Made by a program: the position numbers and the translations under genes. Positions 19,297 to 29,977 of a stretch of 64,000 nt of DNA are shown piece by piece. Where the stretch lies: assembly GCA_021372535.1 (NCBI GenBank), contig JAJFUH010000112.1:1034-65033 (forward strand), written 5' to 3'. The first letter of the stretch is position 1, and every line of letters begins with the position of its first letter. Under the pieces are notes generated by a model that worked only from the letters and a program-made list of their open reading frames with translations, was not told the origin of the DNA and ran no database searches. The DNA comes from a bacterium. GTDB lineage: Bacteria > Latescibacterota > Latescibacteria > Latescibacterales > Latescibacteraceae.

Positions 19297-21271
19297 AAGT
19301 GCCGCCGCAATGTTTACGCATAATATATCTTATGTAAACTTATATATCTGCCGTTAGTATGTATTCCCCGTTTATCGAGCTGTTATGGACACATCCTGTC
19401 CCTGGGCCGTGGAAACGATATTTTCCCTCATATATGTCTTATCCCTCATAGTCATTCAACTGTTCTTTCTATTTGGAGACAAAAAACTTAAACCATCATA
19501 AATAAAGATACCATCGAAAAGTATCGGAATCAAGATTATGATGCTGTACTTTTTTAAAAATGATTCACATAATCATCATCACTTTATCCTCCACCGATTA
19601 CTTCTCAATATCCTTCCGTGTCACGGCATAATACTCACCATCCGGACATTTGTGATTTAAAAGACTTACATTTTGAATGATAACGATAAAAATTAAATGA
19701 TAACATCGTCTCTCATTGACAAAAAATCATTCTCTCTTTATAAGCAAAATAATGTATTTCTAAAAAATCAATAGCGTCATCATAGAGATTTACGGAAATA
19801 ATACGGTTATTATTTTCAATTAGTTTTAAATATCTCTATCAAGAAATTCAACTTCTAATGTGAATGATCTTATGAATTCTGTAACTATCTGAATCCCATA
19901 TGATTAAGAATACTCTGCATTATATTGTACAGTCTCAGACGCTACTATCCAGATTTCCGTCATATGACGTCTTATTTATTGACTTTTTTAAACATAACAT
20001 CGGACAAAATGAATAAACCTCCCCGTACGCTATTGATCTAAGATCGTCATATAATTGACTTATTTGCGTCAGTTAAGCATATATTAAAAGTATTCAATTT
20101 CCAATAGTGTCGTGTTTATGTCGTACGATATTGAAAAAAGTAGCTGAGATACTATTTACATAAATCTCATAAATAACAACAATATTACATTTATTCTATT
20201 GAAAATCACTCAGTCTTAATAATAGCGACATGTCGTAATAAATGCAACAATATATGACGATTGTCGAGTAGTGATAAAACGCCATGTCCCTTTGGTGATA
20301 CAGGGCAATTATCCTCATATTCATGTAAGATACAGAGATCACTTATACCAATATCGTAAGCATATTGATCCGATTATAGCGTCATACGACGCCAACAAAT
20401 ATTACGGATGATTCAAGAGTAATTTTATTTGTAAATGTAAATATATCACCGGTAACGTCGCCTTTGAATACAACCCATTGAATAACACCTGTACCGGATC
20501 GCACTTCAACGAAAATGATTTTACCGCTTTAACAGACATTCGTAACCCTTTCTTTTATACCGACAGCTTCGCCGTCACTTGATGTAATATCTCGAATGCA
20601 ACCATGCGGTATTTGAGAACGATAGTGTTGTCAGACAACCTGTGTTATCGTAAAGTATTATTGTTACCATATTAACGATTAATATATTGTCAGAAAAGGA
20701 GTTATTGCAATGACAGGGAAATTCCTCGCATGTATGAAACAAAATTATAATTCATTATATATATTATAAACAACATACTAATATATCGTGCGTCATATTG
20801 TATCATATATTATATAGCACTAAAATAAATATGATATATAATATAATCATACTACAACAATATTATTCCAAAATTACGAATGTGAAAAACCTTTAGTAAC
20901 GACACGAACTTTCGCTTTAACGCTTCATTGTAACGCATCCGAAAAAAACATAATCAAAATATATTTGTCACTTTATTTATTCTGATATACTTAATGCTCT
21001 ATTTTATAAAACGACATGTCGCAATATCGGCAAAATTACGCTTATGATTTTTCAGTATCAGGGGCAGCGTTCGTCTCTTACGTTTCACCGATACGAAATA
21101 TAAAATAATCCGTTTATTAAGTGGGGCATGGCGAAGCCGAGGGGGATCAATCATATCAGTTGATTTAACTGGATATCCTGATAAAAATTCAAGCTTTTCT
21201 GACGAATAAAAAAAGGAGCGATAAAAAATCTTCGCTCCCCTGCTCCATTATACTGATGTCATACAGTTTAT
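19297..21271. other. ORF-free AT-rich island of about 2 kb
   Basis: No ORF of 60 codons or more in any frame, although the track accepts GTG starts. GC is far below that of the flanking genes. It contains the palindromes cgacatgtcg (twice), cgtcatatgacg and tcgtacga. Confidence 0.5.
21212..21245 (-). terminator. Rho-independent terminator of pnp
   Basis: On the minus strand: GGAGCGA, loop agatttttt, ATCGCTCC, then TTTTTT, 25 nt after the pnp stop. Confidence 0.6.
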
Positions 21272-23362
21272 TTATACGGGTTGTTTTTCCTTGAGAACGG
21301 CCTTACGGCTGCATTTGATTTTTCCCTGGTCATCAATACCGATAACTTTAACTTCGACTACATCTCCAAGGTTAACGATATCTTCGACTTTTTTAACCCG
21401 CTTTTCATCAAGCTCCGAGATATGGACAAGACCTTCCTTTCCGGGAAGGATTTCGACAAAGGCACCAAAAGTAGCGATCCTCTTGACCGTTCCTTTATAG
21501 TTCTTGCCTATTTCCGGATCCTCGACAATTGCAAAAACCATGTCGTATGCAGCCTGACCCGCAGCCATATCGACAGCGGCGATAATTACCGTGCCGTCAT
21601 CTTCGATATTGATCGTTGCGCCGGTCTGCTCCTGGATGCCTTTGATAATTTTGCCTCCGGGTCCGATTACCGCGCCGATCTTATCGACTTTGATTTTCAT
21701 GGTAATGATGCTCGGAGCATATTTTGAAAGACTTTCACGCGGTGCTGAAATCGTCTCGTTCATGATTTTCAGAATATGCTCACGGCCGTCTCGTGCCTGT
21801 GCGAGGGCTTTCGACATGATCTCTGTGGTTATACCGTCGATTTTTATATCCATCTGTATTCCGGTAATACCCACGGAGGTTCCTGCAACCTTGAAATCCA
21901 TATCGCCGAGATGGTCTTCATCCCCGAGAATGTCGGACAATACCACATACCTGTCACCATCGGATATCAGACCCATTGCAATGCCCGCAACAGCGGTTTT
22001 TACCGGTACACCGGCATCCATGAGACATAATGACCCCGAACATACCGTAGCCATGGACGATGATCCGTTTGATTCGAGAATATCGGATACGATCCGTATG
22101 GTGTACGGAAATATCTCTTCCTGTGGAATAACCGGAGCAATCGATGTTTCGGCAAGATGACCGTGCCCGGTCTCACGGCGCGAGGTGCCGCGCATCTGCT
22201 TGACCTCGCCGGTACTGAACGGCAGGAAATTGTAATCGAGCATATAGCTCTTGTAACTGGTTCCTTCAAGATCGTCGATCATTCTTTCATCGAGCTTCGT
22301 GCCCAATGTCAGCACACCGAGAGATTGGGTCTGTCCGCGGGTAAACAGCGCTGAACCGTGTGAGCGGGGTAATACGCCGACTTCGCATGTAATGGGGCGA
22401 ATTTCCGTATATGAGCGTCCATCAAGACGAATCTGGTCATCAAGTATCATGGAACGCATCAACTGTTTTTCGATTTCGCCGAACGCAAGTTTAAGGAGCA
22501 ATTCGCTTTCAGGATATTTCTCGCTGAAGTGCTCCAGCACTTTTTCCTTCAGTTTATCGAGCGCGTTATTACGTTCCGATCTCTCTTTCATTCTGGTTAT
22601 GGTTCGGAATTCTTCGAGAAATTCGTTTTTCATATCGGCGATCATTTCTTCTGTCGGAGCAACCGCCGTATAGTCCATGACAGGAGCGGAAATACCCTCG
22701 ATAAATTCGCGCTGAAGGTCGCAAATCTCTTTTATATACTTCTTTGAAAACTCAATTGCCCCGGCCAGGACTTCTTCGGTAACTTCGAAACAACTGCCTT
22801 CAACCATGAGAATATCGTTATCGGAACCCGCAACAACGATGTTCAGGTCACTTTCCTCAAGCTGCGTATAAGTCGGATTTACGATGTATTCGTTTCCAAT
22901 ATGACCGACATGGACCGCGCCGAGTATCTTCTGAAGCGGTACAGGCGACAGCATGCAGGAGGCAGAAGCTCCAATCAGCCCCAGAACATCGATTTCATTC
23001 TCCTGGTCTGATGACAGCACGGTGACAATAATCTGGATTTCATTGCAGAAACCCTTGGGGAAAAGAGGCCTCAGCGGTCGATCGATCTGACGGGCGCTCA
23101 GAATTTCATTGGTGTTCGGCCGTCCCTCGCGGCGGAAGAAATTTCCGGGAATTTTACCTATGGCATAGGATTTTTCCCTGTATTCCACGGTGAGCGGTAA
23201 AAAATCTTTGTCGCCGCTCGGTTTTTTGTCAACGCATACCGTCGCCAGCAGCATTGACTCCCCATAAGTAACCAGAACAGCGCCGTCTGCCTGTTTGGCT
23301 AAACGTCCTGTTTCCAGTCCGAGGATGTTGTTTCCTATTTGCTTTGTCGTTTTTCTGTACAT
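21272..23362 (-). CDS. pnp: Polynucleotide phosphorylase
   Basis: 696 aa with two RNase PH domains, a KH region (GPGGKIIKGIQEQTG) and an S1 domain (GTVKRIATFGAFVEI). Confidence 0.92.
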   Translation of the reverse strand: MYRKTTKQIGNNILGLETGRLAKQADGAVLVTYGESMLLATVCVDKKPSGDKDFLPLTVEYREKSYAIGKIPGNFFRREGRPNTNEILSARQIDRPLRPLFPKGFCNEIQIIVTVLSSDQENEIDVLGLIGASASCMLSPVPLQKILGAVHVGHIGNEYIVNPTYTQLEESDLNIVVAGSDNDILMVEGSCFEVTEEVLAGAIEFSKKYIKEICDLQREFIEGISAPVMDYTAVAPTEEMIADMKNEFLEEFRTITRMKERSERNNALDKLKEKVLEHFSEKYPESELLLKLAFGEIEKQLMRSMILDDQIRLDGRSYTEIRPITCEVGVLPRSHGSALFTRGQTQSLGVLTLGTKLDERMIDDLEGTSYKSYMLDYNFLPFSTGEVKQMRGTSRRETGHGHLAETSIAPVIPQEEIFPYTIRIVSDILESNGSSSMATVCSGSLCLMDAGVPVKTAVAGIAMGLISDGDRYVVLSDILGDEDHLGDMDFKVAGTSVGITGIQMDIKIDGITTEIMSKALAQARDGREHILKIMNETISAPRESLSKYAPSIITMKIKVDKIGAVIGPGGKIIKGIQEQTGATINIEDDGTVIIAAVDMAAGQAAYDMVFAIVEDPEIGKNYKGTVKRIATFGAFVEILPGKEGLVHISELDEKRVKKVEDIVNLGDVVEVKVIGIDDQGKIKCSRKAVLKEKQPV

Positions 23363-23387
23363 GAATAAATAAACTCCGATTTTTAAA

Positions 23388-23657
23388 TTATTTACGAATG
23401 CTCAGGTCTTTGATAAGCGAACGGTATGAATTGATATCCGTACGCTCGAGATAATCGAGGAGCTGACGTCTCTTTCCGACCAGTTTCATGAGTCCGCGCC
23501 GGGTATGATGGTCTTTTGTGTTGACCTTGAGATGTCCGGTCAGATCATTGATTCGATGAGTCAGAATTGCAATCTGCACTTTTGCATTGCCGGTATCCTG
23601 AGCGGTTTTACCAAATTTTGTCGCATACTCCAGTTTGTGTTCCTTTGTGATTGCCAT
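23388..23657 (-). CDS. rpsO: 30S ribosomal protein S15
   Basis: 89 aa from MAITKEHKLEYATKFGK..., with an AAAGGAGAG RBS. The ORF-track N-terminal extension is unlikely. Confidence 0.9.
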   Translation of the reverse strand: MAITKEHKLEYATKFGKTAQDTGNAKVQIAILTHRINDLTGHLKVNTKDHHTRRGLMKLVGKRRQLLDYLERTDINSYRSLIKDLSIRK

Positions 23658-24609
23658 TTTGTTTTTCTCTCCTTTTGTCATGACAATATATTTTTTTAGT
23701 TGTCTCAATGTCGCTGTTGATTTGCCGTAGAAGGTCCTGCTGATCATTGAATTTTACTATGTTTCTCAGTTTTTGTGTAAACCCTATTCGTATGTCTTTA
23801 CCGTATAAATCACCTTGAAAATCGATGATATGTGTCTCGATGGCGTCACAGTGAATATTGAAGGTCGGTCGGCTCCCCATATTGATAACGGCGGTTTTTC
23901 GTATTCCGTCTATTTCCGCCCAGCCGGCATATGCTCCCTTTCCCGGTAAAATCTTGTCGGAACTCCCGGGCTCGATGTTAGCGGTCGGAATTCCGATTTT
24001 TTTCCCCCGTCCGTCACCCCGGATTACTTTCCCCTGTAATGAATAATCCTCACCGATGAGCTCAGCCGCCTTTTCAACGTTTCCTTTGGCCAGAAGCGTC
24101 CGAATCAATGAGCTTTTAACCGTTAAACCATCAAATTCTACAGAATTAACCGTCCTGAGGGTAAAATTGAGCGCCTCGGCTAATTTCTGAAATGTCTCCG
24201 GTGATTTTTCACTCCGTTTTCCAAACCCGTGATCATATCCTATAAACAATGTATTCATTTTGAGGCGTTTTATCAGATAATCCCTCGTAAACTGTTCAGT
24301 GGTCAGATTGGCAATATCCCGTGTAAATGTCAGTACACAGGTTATATCGATCCCCAGTTTTTCAAACAGAAAAAGTTTTTCTTCCTGCGTTGTCAACAGT
24401 TTCGGCGTGGAATCCGGTTTCAGCACCGACATCGGGTGACGGTCAAAGGTGACGACAAGAGCTTTATCACCGGTCGCCCGTGAGTTTTTGATAAGCTCCT
24501 GCAGGATATACCGGTGCCCGATATGAACCCCGTCGAATGTACCAACAGTTATCGATGTGTTATAGTCCCAGTCCGGTGCTGCATCAAGAATATCTTCCAA
24601 CAGTATCAT
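23608..24609 (-). CDS. ribF: Bifunctional riboflavin kinase / FAD synthetase
   Basis: GTFDGVHIGH (FAD synthetase nucleotidyltransferase motif) and a C-terminal riboflavin kinase domain (GxGRGKKIGIPTAN, PTFN..E.H). The 3' end appears to overlap rpsO by 50 nt. Confidence 0.85.
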   Translation of the reverse strand: MILLEDILDAAPDWDYNTSITVGTFDGVHIGHRYILQELIKNSRATGDKALVVTFDRHPMSVLKPDSTPKLLTTQEEKLFLFEKLGIDITCVLTFTRDIANLTTEQFTRDYLIKRLKMNTLFIGYDHGFGKRSEKSPETFQKLAEALNFTLRTVNSVEFDGLTVKSSLIRTLLAKGNVEKAAELIGEDYSLQGKVIRGDGRGKKIGIPTANIEPGSSDKILPGKGAYAGWAEIDGIRKTAVINMGSRPTFNIHCDAIETHIIDFQGDLYGKDIRIGFTQKLRNIVKFNDQQDLLRQINSDIETTKKIYCHDKRREKQNGNHKGTQTGVCDKIW

Positions 24610-25316
24610 GGTATCTTTGGCATAAGAGGAACAGGCCTGACCAAACGCAGTATTTCGTCACGACCATGAAATTGTGTAATCGCAAGAAAATCAACGGCAT
24701 CATCAATAGTATAACGCCCCGATGCGATTCGCTTCAGCGCCGACAGGTGGGACGGACACCCGGATTTTTCTCCGATTTGATGTGCAATAACCCGGATATA
24801 AGTCCCTTTTGAACACACGATATCGAGCACTATCTTCGGGTAGAGCGACATATCCGTTTGAATCGATTCTATATTGATTGTCCGCGGTTTCCGCTCGACC
24901 GTTTCACCTTTGCGGGCAATCTGATACAGTTTTTTGCCGTTTACTTTTACCGCTGAATACATGGGGGGTATCTGTTCCGATTCGCCCGTAAAACCCGCGA
25001 TGATTTCTGCCAGATTTTTTCGATCGACCTTTTCTGGATTCCCGGTCGCCGTGGTTACACCGTCACAGTCATGGGTATCGGTGGCCAGTCCGAATGTTAT
25101 CTCTGCGCGATATCGTTTCCGGTCATCGGCAAAGAGATATGCGCTTTTTGTTGCCGCACCGATAAGAAGCACAAGAACGCCGGTCGCATTCGGATCAAGA
25201 GTGCCGGTATGTCCTACTTTCACGCCTCCCAGTAAATTACGGGTTTTTTGTACAACATCATGCGAAGTCCAGCCTTGCGGCTTGTCTACAACAAGTATTC
25301 CATTTATATCAATCAC
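24606..25316 (-). CDS. truB: tRNA pseudouridine(55) synthase
   Basis: GILVVDKPQGWTSHDVV and the catalytic Asp block HTGTLDPNATGVL. Confidence 0.88.
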   Translation of the reverse strand: MIDINGILVVDKPQGWTSHDVVQKTRNLLGGVKVGHTGTLDPNATGVLVLLIGAATKSAYLFADDRKRYRAEITFGLATDTHDCDGVTTATGNPEKVDRKNLAEIIAGFTGESEQIPPMYSAVKVNGKKLYQIARKGETVERKPRTINIESIQTDMSLYPKIVLDIVCSKGTYIRVIAHQIGEKSGCPSHLSALKRIASGRYTIDDAVDFLAITQFHGRDEILRLVRPVPLMPKIP

Positions 25317-25663
25317 TGTTTGTTTTTGGCCTGCTCGATAAGTTTATCCATCTTCATTCCGTCTATCAGCGATGAATCATACCGGAATGTCAGCTCGGGA
25401 AGATATTTTAAAATTACCCGTGTTCCGAGAGACATACGGATAAATCCCGCAGCATCGTTAAGGGCATCGAGAGACGACTGTACGGCTTCGGTATCACCGA
25501 GAACGCTCACATATACGTTCGCATGCCTGAGGTCCTTGCTGACATCCACACTCGTTACCGTCACCATTCCGATACGGTGATCTTTCATTTCACGGTCGAT
25601 AATGATGGATACTTCACGGTGAATGAGCTGCGATACTCTGTCGGTTCTGTTAAATCGTTTCAC
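25313..25663 (-). CDS. rbfA: Ribosome-binding factor A
   Basis: 116 aa with RxxRVxxLIxxEVSxII and GMVTVTSVDVSKDLRHANVYVS. Confidence 0.85.
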   Translation of the reverse strand: MKRFNRTDRVSQLIHREVSIIIDREMKDHRIGMVTVTSVDVSKDLRHANVYVSVLGDTEAVQSSLDALNDAAGFIRMSLGTRVILKYLPELTFRYDSSLIDGMKMDKLIEQAKNKQ

Positions 25664-25678
25664 AGGGAACGTCTGCTT

Positions 25679-25960
25679 TCAATAATAATCGATTCGTGAA
25701 TCAATAACCTCGACCCGGTGATCGCCGTATACGAGATCAAGGGCCTTTCTCAGAACACTCTCGGTAAATGTCGCATCGTTCGATACCGCGGCAACACCAA
25801 TGGAAGCCCGCTGCCATTTATCGGTATTATCTACTTCAGCTACCGAAATATTGTACCGGCTCCGCAACCTGTCCTTGATGCTTTTAATGGCAAATCGCTT
25901 CGTTTTCAGGGAGCCGCTTTCCGGTATAAAGAGTTCGATTCGTAAAACGCCGATGACCAC
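25679..25960 (-). CDS. DUF503-family protein (the conserved small gene between infB and rbfA)
   Basis: 93 aa, position conserved in the nusA-infB operon of many phyla. It has the GVLRIELFIPESGSLKTKR-type N-terminus. Confidence 0.7.
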   Translation of the reverse strand: MVIGVLRIELFIPESGSLKTKRFAIKSIKDRLRSRYNISVAEVDNTDKWQRASIGVAAVSNDATFTESVLRKALDLVYGDHRVEVIDSRIDYY

Positions 25961-25974
25961 GGAGCATTATTCCC

Positions 25975-28257
25975 CTATATTTTTCTCGACTCTTCGAGAA
26001 TCTCGATTATCTCGAGGTTATCACCGACCTTAAGGTCATTGTAACCGTCGATGCCGATGCCGCATTCATAACCCTGGGAAACCTCGGACACATCGTCCTT
26101 GAAGCGCTTGAGCGAAGATATGGATCCTTTAAAGATTTCGATACTGTCGCGGATAAGCCGTACTTTTGCATTGCGTTTGATAATCCCGTTGGTAACATAA
26201 CAGCCGGCAATATATCCTACGCGGGGCAGTTTGAATACATCGCGAATTTCCGCGCTTCCCGTAATCTTTTCCGTAATGGTGGGTTTTAAAAGCCCGCTCA
26301 GCGCTTTCCTGACATCATCGATAACCTCATAAATGATCTCATAGAGTTTGATTTCAACATCTTCGCTCTCGGCGAGTGAGCGTGCAGCTGCCGAGGGACG
26401 GACATGGAAACCGATGATGATCGCTCCCGAAGCGGCGGCAAGCAGCACGTCATTTTCGTTGATTCCGCCTACAGCCTGATGAATTACCCTTACACGAACC
26501 TCGGGATGGGAAATCTGTGTAAGCGAATCTGAAAGCGCTTCCATCGATCCATCGACATCCGCCTTGATAATGAGATTGAGCTCACCCATCTCCCCGTCTT
26601 TGATCTTATCATATATATCCGACAGGGTCACACGTTTGAGACGTCTGAAATCCTGCTCGCGTTTCATCATGCGGCGTTTCTGGGCGATGTTTTTTGCCTC
26701 GATTTCGTTGTCGAAGGTATACAATTTATCGCCTGCCCGCGGAACGCCATCCATTCCGAATATCTGGACCGGGATTGATGGGCTGACGCTGGTGAGACGT
26801 TCCCCATACTCGTCGAGCATTGCCCGGACACGGCCGGTAACCATACCGGCAATAAACGGTTCGCCGATCCTCAGGGTGCCGGATTGAATAAGCACTGTTG
26901 CAAGAGGCCCTCTTCCGCGATCGAGCTTCGAGTCTATCACGACACCGGTTGCTCTCTTCGACGCAACGGCTTTCAGCTCGAGCATCTCGGCTTCGAGCAA
27001 TACTTTATCAAGCAGTTTATCGATATTTTTACCTTTTTTCGCCGAAATTTCCTGGCATTGAAATTTTCCGCCCCAATCCTCGACAAGGATATTTTGACGG
27101 GAAAGATCGGACCTGATTTTTTCCGGATCCGCATTTGGCAGATCGATTTTATTGATGGCGATCACAATGGGAACACCGGCCGCCTTTGCATGATCGATTG
27201 CTTCTATCGTCTGCGGCATGACACTGTCATCGGCCGCCACAACGAGAATGACTATGTCGGTAACCTGCGCACCACGGGCGCGCATGGCGGTAAATGCATG
27301 ATGGCCGGGTGTATCGATAAACGTGATCTTCTGCCCGCTGGGAATTATAACGGAGTAAGCGCCAATATGCTGGGTAATCCCTCCGGATTCACCTGCGGCA
27401 ACATTCGATTTCCGTATATAATCGAGCAGCGATGTTTTGCCGTGGTCAACATGACCCATAACCGTAACAACAGGCGGTCTCGGTACTTTCTTGCTTTTCT
27501 TCGATTCCTCGATTTCACGGGCTTTGAGTATATCTTCGGCATATTCCCCGAGCTGTTGAACGACAAAACCGAATTCTTCCGCCAGGAGCTCGATCGTATC
27601 CATATCGATTCGCTGGTTGAGCGAAACCATCATCCCCATCTCCATGCACTTCGAGATGAGCGCGCTCACGGGTATCCCCATTTGCGTCGCAAGCTCGGAA
27701 ATCGATACAAATTCGCTCACCTTTACCGTATTACGGTCTTCCTGGATTTCTTCCTTGGTGGCCTGTTTGGAACGGGGCTTCTTGGATTTTGACCGTGTAT
27801 CGGTGCTCATGCTCGCCATTGTTTTCTTGAAACTGTCCTGTACGGCGGCCATGTCGACTTTTTTACGGCGTTTTCGGGCTTTACGTGATTTCTTTTCCTC
27901 GGTACGCTCTTTTTTCTTTTCAGCTGATTTTTCTGCAGAGGGAGTTTCGGGAGTTTTCTTCTGTTCGGTTTTATGCGGTTTTTTTCTCTTTTTCCTGCGT
28001 CGCGGTGCAACGGGAGCTTCTTCTTCACCTGGTGCTTTTTTCGTTATCGCCTCACTTATTTCCTGCTTCTTCTGGATATCTTTCAATGCAGCATCATGTT
28101 GTTTTTCAAATTGTTTCTTTATATTTTCATACATTTTTTCTTCAATAATACTCATATGGCTCTTTATTTCGAATTTCATATCACGAAGCATCATCATGAG
28201 GGCTTCGGAGGAGATATGAAATTCCTTTGCAACCTGATACACTCGTTTTTTCTCCAT
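25975..28257 (-). CDS. infB: Translation initiation factor IF-2
   Basis: 760 aa. The GTPase G1 motif [12 protein letters not shown] is present, followed by DTPGH and NKID. The middle region is Lys/Glu-rich. Confidence 0.92.
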   Translation of the reverse strand: MEKKRVYQVAKEFHISSEALMMMLRDMKFEIKSHMSIIEEKMYENIKKQFEKQHDAALKDIQKKQEISEAITKKAPGEEEAPVAPRRRKKRKKPHKTEQKKTPETPSAEKSAEKKKERTEEKKSRKARKRRKKVDMAAVQDSFKKTMASMSTDTRSKSKKPRSKQATKEEIQEDRNTVKVSEFVSISELATQMGIPVSALISKCMEMGMMVSLNQRIDMDTIELLAEEFGFVVQQLGEYAEDILKAREIEESKKSKKVPRPPVVTVMGHVDHGKTSLLDYIRKSNVAAGESGGITQHIGAYSVIIPSGQKITFIDTPGHHAFTAMRARGAQVTDIVILVVAADDSVMPQTIEAIDHAKAAGVPIVIAINKIDLPNADPEKIRSDLSRQNILVEDWGGKFQCQEISAKKGKNIDKLLDKVLLEAEMLELKAVASKRATGVVIDSKLDRGRGPLATVLIQSGTLRIGEPFIAGMVTGRVRAMLDEYGERLTSVSPSIPVQIFGMDGVPRAGDKLYTFDNEIEAKNIAQKRRMMKREQDFRRLKRVTLSDIYDKIKDGEMGELNLIIKADVDGSMEALSDSLTQISHPEVRVRVIHQAVGGINENDVLLAAASGAIIIGFHVRPSAAARSLAESEDVEIKLYEIIYEVIDDVRKALSGLLKPTITEKITGSAEIRDVFKLPRVGYIAGCYVTNGIIKRNAKVRLIRDSIEIFKGSISSLKRFKDDVSEVSQGYECGIGIDGYNDLKVGDNLEIIEILEESRKI

Positions 28258-28364
28258 ATTCTCCTCCCAGTATATTTAAAAGGTAATTCTTAACATGTTT
28301 CCGCCGGATTTGTCATGATTACAGCATGGTTTGACTCCGCTCCGGTTCGTAACAGATATCCGGT

Positions 28365-29678
28365 TTATTCTCCGTCTTCTTTCGCGGCTTCAACATTTTT
28401 CATTTTCCCGTCACGATTGACAAAATACTCTTTCGCCAGTGCAATAAGTTTTTCGGCGGTTTTTGGACCCACACCGGGAATCTGAACAATAAAGTTTACA
28501 TCCGCATCCGCGAGATCCCTGACAGTATTGATATTATGACCGTTCAGTTTATAGACCAGTTTTTCTCCGATACCTTTCAAATCGATAAGAAGTCCCGCTG
28601 CCCGTGTCTTGTCGGCTTCGCTCTGGACAAATTCCGACTGGCTGATAATATCCACATTCAAACCAGTCAGGTTACTCGCGAGCTCGGCATTTAAACCGTT
28701 CTTTCCTATCGCAAGGGAAAGCTGATCGTCATTAACGATCGCCGTCAGTTTGCCCTGCGCCCTGTCGATATCGACCCTGAGCACGGGTGCCGGGCTCAGC
28801 GCCCTGGCCAGATACGATGCTATATCATCACTGTACTGGATGATATCGATACGCTCATTGTTCAATTCTTTGACGATTCCCTGGACACGGGACCCTTTGA
28901 TTCCAACACAGGCGCCTACGGCATCGATACGGGGGTCGGATGACATGACTGCGATTTTGGAACGTTCACCCGGCCTGCGCGCTACACCTTTTATTTCGAC
29001 GATCCCTTCATAGATTTCAGGAACCTCTATCTCAAAGAGCCGCGCAAGGAACTTGGGATCGGTACGGGATAAAATAATCTGAGGACCTTTTGCATCCCGT
29101 TTTACATCAATAATCAGCGCCCTGATGGTGTTTCCCTGGTGGTAACGCTCTCTCCGTATCTGATTCTTATGGGGTAGAATCGCTTCCGCTCTGCCCAGGT
29201 TGATATAAATGTCGCCGTGCAAAACCTGTTGAACGGAGCCGGTCACAATTTCATTGATCCGCTGACGGTAATCGTCATAAACCTTATCGCGCTCCGCCTC
29301 GCGAACTTTCTGAATAAGGCTCTGTTTTGCCGAATGTATCGCGTGACGTCCAAAATCCTCGAATTTCAACGGTTCACGGACTTTTGCGCCGATTTTCACT
29401 TTCGGCTGAATCTCGCGTGCCCGTTCGAGGTCAATTTCATTCAACGGATTCTCAACTTCTTTTACAACATTCCATTCTGCTTCCATGGTGATAACTCCCG
29501 TGTTCAAATCGACATCCACGGTAATATTATCGGTATCACCAAAACGTTTTTTGGCAGCACTTAACAGACCGGCCTTTATTGTTTCAACAACCAGTTCGCG
29601 GTTGACATTCTTCTCCCGGGCTATCTGGTTGATGGCCTCAAGAATATCGTATCGTTGAGTTATTCCGGTGTCACTCAT
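28365..29678 (-). CDS. nusA: Transcription termination/antitermination factor NusA
   Basis: 437 aa with an N-terminal domain, S1, two KH regions and a C-terminal HhH. It sits directly upstream of infB. Confidence 0.9.
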   Translation of the reverse strand: MSDTGITQRYDILEAINQIAREKNVNRELVVETIKAGLLSAAKKRFGDTDNITVDVDLNTGVITMEAEWNVVKEVENPLNEIDLERAREIQPKVKIGAKVREPLKFEDFGRHAIHSAKQSLIQKVREAERDKVYDDYRQRINEIVTGSVQQVLHGDIYINLGRAEAILPHKNQIRRERYHQGNTIRALIIDVKRDAKGPQIILSRTDPKFLARLFEIEVPEIYEGIVEIKGVARRPGERSKIAVMSSDPRIDAVGACVGIKGSRVQGIVKELNNERIDIIQYSDDIASYLARALSPAPVLRVDIDRAQGKLTAIVNDDQLSLAIGKNGLNAELASNLTGLNVDIISQSEFVQSEADKTRAAGLLIDLKGIGEKLVYKLNGHNINTVRDLADADVNFIVQIPGVGPKTAEKLIALAKEYFVNRDGKMKNVEAAKEDGE

Positions 29679-29977
29679 ATAATGATCTCCGACTACCTGT
29701 TTTTTTGCAAAACAGTAATTTATTAACCAGATTCACAACAGAAAATGAAGTATATAATTAAAAGAGTGAGCCACCGATACAGCCCACTCTGCCCTAGAAA
29801 ATATAATATATATCATTTAAGTAATGATATGCAACGATTTTTTGCTAAATTCTGGAAAATATTCTTTATATGTCATCAGTTGGAACTATAAACCGTTATA
29901 TCTTTTGTTCATGTCTCCCCGATAAATCATGCAGTGAAATTTTCAGAGAGCAGTCTTCATTATGCTTTTGCGGTATA

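Noticed and set aside
19297-21271. Looked for a tRNA, tmRNA or CRISPR array in the ORF-free island
   Set aside because: No regularly spaced direct repeats, no GTTC-loop plus acceptor-stem-like GC-rich segments, and no conserved tmRNA or RNase P blocks were visible. Composition is uniformly AT-rich.
26884-27792. 302-aa ORF antisense inside infB. Similar antisense ORFs occur inside glnA (13016..14023), pilB (43743..44468, 44132..44776), the STK (49012..49905), the NagA fusion (53640..54386) and pilC (42011..42799).
   Set aside because: All are embedded in high-confidence genes on the opposite strand and have low-complexity, Arg/Ser-rich translations with no family motifs.
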